A stretch of 59,497 bases of DNA from Acidobacteriota bacterium. GTDB taxonomy: Bacteria > Acidobacteriota > UBA6911 > JACQSX01. How positions within the stretch are numbered: position 1 is the first letter of the stretch; the number at the start of each line of letters is the position of its first letter. The stretch is from NCBI GenBank assembly GCA_036507075.1, contig DASXQR010000225.1, positions 1 to 59,497 of the forward strand. Direction: 5' to 3'. This document shows, piece by piece, positions 22,040-30,815 of this stretch. The position numbers and the translations under genes are program-made. Below the pieces are notes generated by a model. The model was not told the origin of the DNA and searched no databases. It was given only the letters and a program-made list of their open reading frames with translations.

Positions 22040-23278
22040 TCAGGTACTGGCGCCGGTCGGTACCTGAGATGGCGGCATCTGCCAGCATTTCATCGCTTCG
22101 TGCCAGGCATCGACTGCCGGCTTGCATAGGACGTGAAGCAGGGCCTTCAGGCCCCACAGGCAACCCTCTCTTTTGAGTTTGATGGCCTGGGTGAGCAATG
22201 CCGGAATGCGCAAGAGTGTAGCAAGTTCCCTGACAATCGACTTGCAGAACTTTTTTGATCCCCGGACCAAGCCACTGGAAAACTCCGGATCGTAGGCTAA
22301 ATCTCCTTCCCGGTATTTTTCCAGGAAGTGGCGTTTGTACCAGGCCTCTCGCTCCAGACGCTTTGGGTGTCTTCTCTTCAATGCCAGGGGAACAACCAGC
22401 ATCTTTCGTCTTTTGGTCCCGACGTAGTGACTGTAGCTGGACCAGCGGTATTGCTCCGGATCCGAGACCATGTTAGCCCGCAAGGGATTGGCATGCACGT
22501 AGTCGACCAGCCTGAGGATGTTTTCCGGGGTTGGCTCCCAGACGATCGATTTGAAGCGTCCTTCCCAAAGCGTGCCTTTGGTCCCATGCAGGCGATTGAA
22601 CTGCTTGGAGATAGCTTGTTTAATCGACTTCATCAGGCGGCTCACCGACACGTCCTGCTTGGTGGTTATGACCAGGTGAAAATGGTTATCCATGATGACA
22701 AAGGCGTGGAGCTGAAATGGCAGCTCCTGGCAGATCCGTTCCAGGATCTGGAAGATCATGTCTTTTTCCGACTCGCCAAACAAGAAACGCTGCTGCACGC
22801 AGCGCGAGCAGATGTGAAGCAGGTGGTTGTTGCCTATGGGGCGGCGCTGGCCGATGCGCACCGCGCGCCTGCCCGGGTCCGAACTGGCCAGGCCGTATTG
22901 ATTGACCAGCCAGCCAGAGAAGTTAGGGGCGGAAGAAACGCCGGCAGGATCGAAGAGCCGGCAGCGGATCTGGCGGCAGGAGATCTTCAGCCGGCTGATT
23001 CGCTGCAGCACGGACTGTTTGCTGCGGGCCCGCACGAGCAACTCGATGCTATCACCGTAGCGCGTCAAGTCGCACAGCACAAACTCAGGGGAATCGTAGA
23101 GATTGCGCTCATGGCGCGAGAAGCAGGAAATGAGCTTTTCAAAGAAGATTTCGCGGCTGATCGTTCTGTCCACACCTCGGAAGCGCACTTTCCAGCAGCG
23201 CAGCTTGATGGCCTTCTTTGACAAACCATCGCAAGGACTGGCTGATTCGTTTCGAATTCCTGAATTGCTAGCTGCCAT
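22040..23278 (-). mobile_element. HUH (Y1) transposase, REP-associated tyrosine transposase (RAYT)-like, with N-terminal extension
   Basis: HICSRC, AFVIMDNHFHL (HUH), GTLWEGRFKS, DYVHANPLRA (catalytic Tyr), YRWSSY. Start uncertain. Confidence 0.85.
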
Positions 23279-23491
23279 TGTGAGTCATCCCGAGGGGTGC
23301 CCAGGCACTCTGTCCTGTCACGTGGCGCCCCTGGAAACACATAACCGGCAAGGAATGAAATCTGCGAAAAAAAAGATCTGAGCACTGGAAAAACACACTC
23401 ACCGGAAGGAAAAGAAAGCAACATAGACTACTTGCGGAAACTGAGTGTGACAGGCAACGTCCCGGCGCAACGTCCCGGCTAGGCAATGTCA

Positions 23492-23565
23492 TGCCAGGCG
23501 TCGACGGCCGGCTTGCAGAGCACGTGAAGCAGGGCTTTCAGGCCCCACAGACAACCCTCTCTTTT
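23492..23565 (-). pseudogene. 74-bp remnant of a paralogous RAYT 3' region
   Basis: 68/74 identical to 22101-22174, with all 6 differences at third codon positions. Confidence 0.75.
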
Positions 23566-23781
23566 GGGGATTGAGCTAATCGTATTGAGGTCTGTGAAGG
23601 CGGCTACGTTGTATTCACCGCCGAGCCGCCGAGTACGCCGGGATTTCGCAGAGATGGGTCGCAGGGAAGCGCAAATCGGAAAGGCGGAGCCTTTCCGCCA
23701 GAGGGGGCGGCAGAGCCGCTCTTACATTTTTCAATTTTTTCTCACGTTCCAAGCCCGGTGGCGTCGATTTTTCACGCGTTC

Positions 23782-25113
23782 TTACGCGCGCGGTTCTGTC
23801 GGTCGCTTCGTTTGTCCTGCTCTTCCCCTCTCCCGCTCCTCCCCTCTCCCGCTCTCCCGCTCCCCCATTGGTCCGCTCGCCTCCTCGACGGAACCTTCCG
23901 GGCGGCCGAAGAATTCGTCGTGCACGGCCCGGACGGCATGTTCCAGTTGATCACCTGCAATGACGCAGGCAATCTTCATCTCCGACGAGCTGATGCAATC
24001 AATGTTGATCCCTTCGGCTGCCAGCACCGCAAACATCCGCGCTGCGATGCCCGGGGTTGAGGCCAGGCGCGATCCGACAATTGAAATCTTTGCCACGTCT
24101 CTCTCGACGATTACATCGCGCGCCAGGCCTTCCTTTTTCCAGCGCTCGGATAACTCGACAGCCGCATCCAGGAGTTCAGCGCCGATGATGAAGGTGATCC
24201 TTGCCAGCTTTTCAGACGCCGCGCTCTGGATGATGAGCCGCACGTTGATTTCCGCGTCCGCCAGGTCCTGGAACACCTTTGCCGCGATTCCGGGACGATC
24301 CGGGACATTCAGCAAAGTCACCTTGGCTATTTTCTTGTCACTGCTTATCGCAGACACGGCCGCCTTCTCCATCATCGCTTCACCTCCACGAATCCACGTT
24401 CCGGGCTTCATGTGAAAGCTGGATCTAACGTGGATCGGAATCTGATACTTCATGCAGATCTCGGCCGCTCTCGGGTGGAGCACCTTGGCCCCGCCGGTGG
24501 CAAGCTCGATCGCCTCCTCGTAGCTGACTTCGGCCAGCAGCCGGGCATGCGGCACCACCGACGGGTCGGTCGAATAGATCCCGTCGACGTCCGTGCAGAT
24601 CTCGCACACGCGCGCGTTCAGGGCGGCCGCCACGGCCGCACCGGTGATGTCTCCACCGCCGCGCCCCAGCGTGGTCACTTCATCGTCGCCGGTGATCCCC
24701 TGAAAGCCGGCGACAATGACCACTTTGCCGGAATTCAATTCATCCTGGATGCGGCTGGTGTCGATCGATTGGATCAGCGCGCGGTTAAACATGTTGTCGG
24801 TGCGAATCCTGCACTGCGCGCCTGTGAGCGAGACGGCCGGAATCCCGCGCTCCTGAAGGGCCAACCCCAGCAGGGAAACGGCCACCTGCTCTCCGGAAGC
24901 CAGCAGCAAATCCATTTCGCGGCCGCGCGGCTTGGCCGCTACCTGATGAGCCAGAGCCACGAGCTGGTCTGTTGTCTTTCCCATCGCGGAAACGGCCACA
25001 ACCATGTGAGGATTCTCTTTCAGACAGACCGCGATCCGGTCCGCAATGGCGCCTATCTTCTCCGGCGTCGCCACAGAACTACCGCCGTACTTTTGCACCA
25101 GAATACCGTTCAT
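23782..25113 (-). CDS. lysC: Aspartate kinase
   Basis: VQKYGGSSV, VVAVSAMG, TTLGRGGGD, TDVDGIY, two ACT domains; C-terminal tail derived from octamer repeats. Confidence 0.93.
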   Translation of the reverse strand: MNGILVQKYGGSSVATPEKIGAIADRIAVCLKENPHMVVAVSAMGKTTDQLVALAHQVAAKPRGREMDLLLASGEQVAVSLLGLALQERGIPAVSLTGAQCRIRTDNMFNRALIQSIDTSRIQDELNSGKVVIVAGFQGITGDDEVTTLGRGGGDITGAAVAAALNARVCEICTDVDGIYSTDPSVVPHARLLAEVSYEEAIELATGGAKVLHPRAAEICMKYQIPIHVRSSFHMKPGTWIRGGEAMMEKAAVSAISSDKKIAKVTLLNVPDRPGIAAKVFQDLADAEINVRLIIQSAASEKLARITFIIGAELLDAAVELSERWKKEGLARDVIVERDVAKISIVGSRLASTPGIAARMFAVLAAEGINIDCISSSEMKIACVIAGDQLEHAVRAVHDEFFGRPEGSVEEASGPMGERESGRGEERERGRAGQTKRPTEPRA

Positions 25114-25126
25114 TGACTTGTCCTGG

Positions 25127-25296
25127 AAAACTGAACCGCCAAGCTCGCCAAGAACGCGAAGCATTAATGGCTCTCAGTTCAATTCACTTCTGTGGAAGTT
25201 AGTTCGCAAATCATTACCAAATTGAACATCGAACTTAATATCGCCAGACTTATGTTATTGTCTTCGCGCCCTTGGCGTACTTGGCGTTTCAGTTTT
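25127..25296. repeat. Inverted 9-bp-period cassette with ~100-bp AT-rich spacer
   Basis: AAAACTGAACCGCCAAG...CTTGGCGTTTCAGTTTT. Confidence 0.75.
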
Positions 25297-26536
25297 TTGC
25301 TACTTGCGCCTTCGGGCCCTCCATAAAACTCTCGAATTCTCCCAGCGATCTGCCGAGCTTCACCGGCGGAGCAGTGCGACCCTGCATCACTTCGGCGGTC
25401 TTATATCCGTTACCGGTGATGCAGATGACCGTCGATTCGTCTTTTCCAATCACTCCTTGATTGATCAGGTCGACGGCGGCGGCTACAGTGGTTCCCCCGG
25501 CGGGCTCGGTAAAAATCCCTTCCGTTTCCGCCAGCAGGCCGATGGCCTCCAGGATTTGATCATCTGAAACCATGGCGCCCGTTCCGCCGGTGCCTCGCAC
25601 AGTGCGCACCACCTGATAACCGTCAGCCGGATTGCCGATGGCAATCGATCGGGCAATCGTGTTGGGTTTCACCGGATCGGGATATTCCTGCCCCGCTTGC
25701 AGGGCGCGAATTACGGGAGCGCAGCCGGCGGCTTGCGCTGCATGGATTTTCGGCAACTCGCCCTGCACCAGGCCTACCTTGCGCAGCTCTTCAAAACCGC
25801 GGCCGATGCGCGGCAGCAATGTCCCGCCCGCCACCGGAGAAACCACGTGCTGCGGAAACTTCCATCCAAGTTGTTCCGCAATTTCAAAACCGTAGGTTTT
25901 TGCGCCCTCGGCGTAGTAGCTCCGCAAGTTGATGTTGGCGAATCCCCAGCCGTACTTATCGGCTACCTGCGTGCACAACCGATTTACGTCGTCGTAATTT
26001 CCCCGTATCGCCAGCAGCGTCGGATTGTAGATGGCCGAACCAAGGATCTTGCCGCTCTCCAGGTCGTCGGGAATGAAGACGTAACATTTCAGTCCCAGCC
26101 TTGCGGAGTGGGCCGCGACGCTGTTGCCCAGATTGCCCGTGGAAGCACAGCCGAAAATTTCGAAACCCAGTTCCACGGCGCGCGTAGCAGCCACCGAAAC
26201 AACCCGGTCCTTGTAGGAATAAGTGGGGTGGTTGACCGAATCATCCTTGATATACAGCTCCTTCATTCCCAGCCTGCGGGCCAGTCGCTGGGAACGCACC
26301 AAAGGCGTAAACCCAGAGTGATAGCCGGTACGCGGTTCGCCCACGGGCAGCAGCTCGCGGTATCTCCAGATATTTTTCGGGCGGCGCTCGATTATTTCGC
26401 GAGTGAGCGCGCCTGCAATCGCCTGGTAGTTGTAAACGGCCTCGAGCGGACCGAGACACTGGTCACAAACAAACAGTGCTTCCGCGGGAAATTCCTTCTT
26501 ACAGATATGACACTGCAGTCCGATGAAATAGCTCAT
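25289..26536 (-). CDS. Threonine-synthase-family PLP enzyme (second paralogue; possibly an O-phosphohomoserine sulfhydrylase)
   Basis: N-terminal CxxC..CxxC, NHPTYSYKDRVVSVA, CASTGNL, NINLRSYYAEGAKT, SIAIGNPADG. Confidence 0.85.
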   Translation of the reverse strand: MSYFIGLQCHICKKEFPAEALFVCDQCLGPLEAVYNYQAIAGALTREIIERRPKNIWRYRELLPVGEPRTGYHSGFTPLVRSQRLARRLGMKELYIKDDSVNHPTYSYKDRVVSVAATRAVELGFEIFGCASTGNLGNSVAAHSARLGLKCYVFIPDDLESGKILGSAIYNPTLLAIRGNYDDVNRLCTQVADKYGWGFANINLRSYYAEGAKTYGFEIAEQLGWKFPQHVVSPVAGGTLLPRIGRGFEELRKVGLVQGELPKIHAAQAAGCAPVIRALQAGQEYPDPVKPNTIARSIAIGNPADGYQVVRTVRGTGGTGAMVSDDQILEAIGLLAETEGIFTEPAGGTTVAAAVDLINQGVIGKDESTVICITGNGYKTAEVMQGRTAPPVKLGRSLGEFESFMEGPKAQVAKN

Positions 26537-26544
26537 AAACTCGT

Positions 26545-27489
26545 TTACCTTTCGCGCAGGGCTGACGAGGGGGATGGCAACCCGGTTCGATCCCGAACAG
26601 CTTCATTGACATGGGCAGAGAGCGTGCGCACGGTGAACGCGATGCCGAGCCTCCTGTGAGCCCGGGTCAGCAGCTCCCCTATTTCGCCGAAATTCTTCTC
26701 AGCGATTGCCACAATCGACGGGCCCGCGCCCGCCAGGCACACCCCGAGCAGGTCGGGGTGGTCCAGCTCCATGGCCTCTCGCAGCCCCGGAACCAGGGGC
26801 TGGCGGTATGGCTGGTGCCAGCGATCCCGCATCGCTTCGCGCAGATTATGGTGCTGTCCGCTTTGAAGGCTGTGCAAAAACATCACCACCCGCTGCAGAT
26901 TGTGGATACCGTCGCTGCGACTCAGGTGGGCAGGCAACACCTGCCGCGCCTCGGAAGTCTTCAGTCGAACATCAGGAGTCACCACTACAAATCGCAGTTT
27001 TTCCGGCCATGCAAATCGCACGGCAACGACCTGGCCGTCATCCCGCTGGCAACTGCCGGTCAAACCGCCCAGCACGGCAGCGCTGGCGTTGTCCGGATGG
27101 CCTTCAAGCCGGCACGCTTCGTCCAGTAACTCCCGGGGCGATCGCTCGCCATACAATGCTTCGGCCAGCTTCAGTCCCGCAACCGTTGCCGCCGCGCTGC
27201 TGCCAAGACCTGCCTGCAGCGGAATCTCGCTGTCAACTTCCAAAATCAGCGAAGGCCGATCCGCAGGAGCTGCTCCGGTCCAGTGCGCCAACGCGCGCTC
27301 AATGTAGTTTGCTCCCGGCAGCGGACCCTGAAGGAAGCGAAAATCGAGCGTCCCTTTCCCGTCCCGGACGCTGCGCATCACGCGGACCCGAAGATACAGA
27401 TTCACGGCGACCGCCAGCGTGTCAAAGCCGGGGCCGAGATTTGCAATCGATGCCGGGACCGAAATTTCTTTTCCTTCTATTCTATTCAT
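26545..27489 (-). CDS. thrB: Homoserine kinase
   Basis: VPASIANLGPGFD, IPLQAGLGSSAAA, EGHPDN, GAGPS. Confidence 0.95.
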   Translation of the reverse strand: MNRIEGKEISVPASIANLGPGFDTLAVAVNLYLRVRVMRSVRDGKGTLDFRFLQGPLPGANYIERALAHWTGAAPADRPSLILEVDSEIPLQAGLGSSAAATVAGLKLAEALYGERSPRELLDEACRLEGHPDNASAAVLGGLTGSCQRDDGQVVAVRFAWPEKLRFVVVTPDVRLKTSEARQVLPAHLSRSDGIHNLQRVVMFLHSLQSGQHHNLREAMRDRWHQPYRQPLVPGLREAMELDHPDLLGVCLAGAGPSIVAIAEKNFGEIGELLTRAHRRLGIAFTVRTLSAHVNEAVRDRTGLPSPSSALRER

Positions 27490-27547
27490 GCTGATAACCG
27501 CAAAATATTTAGAGCTCAATCGCGGGGGGCGGAGCTACACTCAAAAG

Positions 27548-27665
27548 CCGGCCACGTCCACGTGCACGACCACGTCAAAGTCCACGCCCAAGTCCAATAG
27601 GTCCACGTTGACGTGGGCGAGTTCTTCGTGGTCGTTGACGTGGTCGTGCACGTGGACGTGGCCGG
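27548..27665. repeat. Palindromic hexamer-repeat cassette
   Basis: Perfect 31-bp terminal inverted repeat CCGGCCACGTCCACGTGCACGACCACGTCAA. Confidence 0.88.
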
Positions 27666-27738
27666 ATTCATTTAGTTCTGCCAAGCTATCTCTTCATTTC
27701 GGTCCCTTTGGAAAAAATGTCGAACCGACAGCATCCGC

Positions 27739-28977
27739 CTAATGCCGGGCAATGATGGACTCCTTTGCCTTTTTTGCGATGGCCAGCTTGCCGCAGGAGC
27801 GAATAATGTAATCCGGATCTTTGAGAACATGGCCGGTCAACAGCGCCACTACGGCGGCATCTGGATCCAGCCTTCCCGTTGAAACCAGCTTGCGAATGCC
27901 GGCGAGCGTAGTGGCCGAGGCCGGTTCGCACCCGATTCCGTCACTTCCAATAAGAGCCTTGGCCTGGGCGATTTCAGATTCGCTGACGTCCAGGCATGTG
28001 CCGCCTGTAAATTTCACCGCGCGCAAGGCCTTCTTCCATGAACGGGGAGAGCCGATGCAGATCGCCGAAGCGGCGGTGGACGGATTCTCGATCGGCTCCA
28101 GTGTCTCTGCCTGCGAGTCCCACAGTCTCACAAACGGATTGGCGCCTTCCGCCTGCACTACCACCAGACGGGGAACTTTCTCAATCAGGGCCGCGGATTT
28201 CAGTTCCTGCAGCGCTTTGCCAAACGCTGCAGTGTTTCCAAGGTTGCCGCCAGGAAGCACGATGTAATCGGGAGGATGCCAGGACAACTGCTCCATCAGC
28301 TCAAAGATCACTGTCTTTTGACCTTCGATGCGGAAGGGATTGACCGAGTTCAGGAAATACATCTCCGGGTCTGAACGCTGCAGCAGCAGATCCAGCGCCG
28401 CGTCAAAGTTTCCCTCCACCTCGACAATCTCCGCTCCGCAGTCAAGTGACTGCGCCAGCTTGGCCAGAGAGATAGCGCCCTGCGGCAGGTAAACACGGGC
28501 GGAAATTCCGGCGCGCGCCGCGTAAGCGGACATTGACGCCGCGGTATTGCCGGTCGAGGCGCAGGCGACCCGCCGCGCGCCCGCGTGCCGCGCCTGCGTT
28601 ATCCCGACGGTCATTCCCGTATCCTTGAACGAGCCGGTAGGATTCCAGCCAAGATGCTTGAACCAAAGGGCGTTCAATCCGGCATAGGACGCGCTGCGGC
28701 TCCCCGAGAGCAGGGGGACATTTCCCTCCTGCATTGTGACCACCATCTCGGGCCGGTAGAGCTGGGGGAGAAATTCGCGGAAGCGCCACACTCCGCTCCT
28801 GTCCAGAATATCGTTGGAAAGACGCCGCTGCCGCCATGTGCGCTTCAACTGTTCAGGGTCAGGAAAGTCGAGCTCGTAAGACAGTTCCAGCAAATCTCCG
28901 CAGCGAGGGCAGGTCAGCGTGCGATCATTAAGATCCAGTGTTGCAGCACAGGCGGAATTACTGCATCGAAGATACAT
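27739..28977 (-). CDS. thrC: Threonine synthase
   Basis: NPTGSFKD (PLP Lys), CASTGNT, NSVNPFRIEGQKT, PGGNLGN, GCEPASA, LTGHVLKD. Confidence 0.92.
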   Translation of the reverse strand: MYLRCSNSACAATLDLNDRTLTCPRCGDLLELSYELDFPDPEQLKRTWRQRRLSNDILDRSGVWRFREFLPQLYRPEMVVTMQEGNVPLLSGSRSASYAGLNALWFKHLGWNPTGSFKDTGMTVGITQARHAGARRVACASTGNTAASMSAYAARAGISARVYLPQGAISLAKLAQSLDCGAEIVEVEGNFDAALDLLLQRSDPEMYFLNSVNPFRIEGQKTVIFELMEQLSWHPPDYIVLPGGNLGNTAAFGKALQELKSAALIEKVPRLVVVQAEGANPFVRLWDSQAETLEPIENPSTAASAICIGSPRSWKKALRAVKFTGGTCLDVSESEIAQAKALIGSDGIGCEPASATTLAGIRKLVSTGRLDPDAAVVALLTGHVLKDPDYIIRSCGKLAIAKKAKESIIARH

Positions 28978-28987
28978 GGTGCTCCCC

Positions 28988-30292
28988 CTAAACAAGTATC
29001 GGCAGGCTCACCGGCGGCTGGAGGTGAAAATCAAGTTCTTCGATATCGCGCAATGCGCTTTCCAGCACGCGGTTGCTGCACTCTTCGAGCGTAATGACAA
29101 ACGGAAGTTTCGACTTTTCCGATCCGGGCTCCTGCAGAACGGCGTCGATGTTGATTTCGTAATTGCAAAAGATAGTCGCCAGCGCCGCGATAATGCCGGG
29201 GCGGTCCTTTACCGTGAACCGGACGTAATGAGGCGACGAAAACTCGCTTACCACCTCGTGAGGAGCATCCTGCACGGGAGTCGGAGAACCAGATCTGGAA
29301 ACGGAAACCCACCTGGCCACGGCAACCAGATCGGAAACGACCGCGACGGCGGTGGGATCACCGCCGGCTCCAAAGCCGGAGAAAACGGTCTCTCCTCCGA
29401 AAGCGCCCGTCGACATGACCAGGTTTTGACTTCCCTGCACGCGCGCCAGCGGCGACGCCACCGGCACAAGCGACGGCTGGACCGAAGCAAAAACCCGGGG
29501 AGCTCCCGTGCGGCTTTTTTCCACGCGGGAAATTTGACGGATGGTGAAGCCGAGCTTGCGCGCATATGTGAAGTCGATAGGCTCGATCACGGAAATAGAG
29601 CGGCAGGTGATATCTCTCGTATGGATCTGGCACTTCAACCCTACACGACCGAGGATAGCCAGTTTCGCCCTGGCATCGAAGCCGTCGACATCATCGGTGG
29701 GATCAGCCTCGGCAAATCCGAGTTCCTGGGCCTCTTTGAGCGCCGCGTAAAAGGGAATGCCGGAAGCTTCCATGCGGGTCAGGATGTAGTTGCATGTGCC
29801 GTTCAGAATTCCCGAGACCCGAAACAGCCGATCGCCGGCCAGACCCTGCTCCAGCCCGGCGACCACGGGAATGCCTCCAGCCACGGAAGCCTCAAAACGC
29901 AGCAGCAGCCCGCGCTGCTGCGCCAGATCGATCAATTCCCCTCCGCGCTGCGCGATCAATTGTTTGTTGGCGGTCACCACCGATTTTCCGGCAAGCAGGG
30001 CTCCGCGGACCCATTCTTCGGCCGGCTGCAGTCCTCCGATCAACTCCACCACGACATCGGCATCCGACGCAAAAATCTCTTCCATTTTTTCCGTCCAGCG
30101 GACGTCGGACGGCACCCACGGAACCTTCTTGCGCTCCACGTCCCGATTACATATGTGACACAGCTTCAGGCCGGGCGGCGGGCATTCGGTCAGAATTCGA
30201 GCGACCGACCGGCCTACCGTGCCGAAGCCGACGATGGCGACTCGGCACTCGCCGGCGGGCTCTGTTTTTGGAAGTTCGGCCTTTTTCTTCAT
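28988..30292 (-). CDS. hom: Homoserine dehydrogenase with ACT domain
   Basis: GFGTVG, VVTANK, FEASVAGGIP, GILNGTCNYIL, GFAEADPTDDVDG, GAGGDPTA. Confidence 0.95.
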   Translation of the reverse strand: MKKKAELPKTEPAGECRVAIVGFGTVGRSVARILTECPPPGLKLCHICNRDVERKKVPWVPSDVRWTEKMEEIFASDADVVVELIGGLQPAEEWVRGALLAGKSVVTANKQLIAQRGGELIDLAQQRGLLLRFEASVAGGIPVVAGLEQGLAGDRLFRVSGILNGTCNYILTRMEASGIPFYAALKEAQELGFAEADPTDDVDGFDARAKLAILGRVGLKCQIHTRDITCRSISVIEPIDFTYARKLGFTIRQISRVEKSRTGAPRVFASVQPSLVPVASPLARVQGSQNLVMSTGAFGGETVFSGFGAGGDPTAVAVVSDLVAVARWVSVSRSGSPTPVQDAPHEVVSEFSSPHYVRFTVKDRPGIIAALATIFCNYEINIDAVLQEPGSEKSKLPFVITLEECSNRVLESALRDIEELDFHLQPPVSLPILV

Positions 30293-30295
30293 ACC

Positions 30296-30331
30296 AAAAA
30301 AAAAGCCCACCATCGCGGCGGATGGTGGGCT
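30296..30331 (-). terminator. Attenuator terminator hairpin
   Basis: GCCCACCATC-CGCCGC-GATGGTGGGC followed by U9 on the minus strand. Confidence 0.9.
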
Positions 30332-30349
30332 GGAGGAATTCCCTTACCC

Positions 30350-30457
30350 TTATGTCGGAGCGACGCCTGCACTCCGGCCCACCGTCCTGCGGCGCGTCGT
30401 GGTCATCCACATCGCCGAGGCCGTCGTCATCCGGATGGTAGTAGCGGCGTTGCTCAT
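30350..30457 (-). CDS. Attenuator leader peptide, 35 aa: MSNAATTIRMTTASAMWMTTTRRRTVGRSAGVAPT
   Basis: 9 Thr, 3 internal Met, 1 Ile; followed by overlapping antiterminator/terminator just before hom. Confidence 0.85.
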   Translation of the reverse strand: MSNAATTIRMTTASAMWMTTTRRRTVGRSAGVAPT

Positions 30458-30501
30458 CGCGGGTACTTATATCTCAAAGCGCAGATTTTTCAAAGAAAAG
30501 T

Positions 30502-30657
30502 CTAAGTCCGGGCTTCCAACTCGGGTTGGGCATTCTCCAACTGCTCGCGAATCTTCTCTTTGAGCCAGGCAACCGGTTGAGGCTGGATATTCAAAAAGGC
30601 CCGCCAGTCGGATTCGCTCAGCGTGATGGTGATGATCCGTTGATTGTCCTTCTCCAT
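30502..30657 (-). CDS. Small hypothetical protein (51 aa, MEKDNQRIITITLSESDW...)
   Basis: GGGAGAG RBS; protein-like beta-alpha-alpha pattern; follows the LysR gene. Confidence 0.55.
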   Translation of the reverse strand: MEKDNQRIITITLSESDWRAFLNIQPQPVAWLKEKIREQLENAQPELEART

Positions 30658-30750
30658 AAACTCTCTCCCGCCGGTGGAAAAGAATAATCTGCCGGGGTCC
30701 AAAAGGAAAATAGAATGATTGCATGACATCCATCTAAATTGCTTATGCTT

Positions 30751-30815
30751 CTTTGTGTCTTTTGCGTCTTTGTGGTCCAACAGCGGTTCACCACAAAGGC
30801 ACAAAGGCCACAAAG
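30751..30815. repeat. 9-bp-period arms (CTTTGTG.. / CACCACAAAGGCACAAAG)
   Basis: Same family at 34001, 42867 and 54723. Confidence 0.75.

Noticed and set aside
22101..23565. 74-bp diverged repeat as a DGR template/variable pair (an Avd-like gene is in the window)
   Set aside because: Differences are at third codon positions and not adenine-specific on either strand; no reverse transcriptase seen
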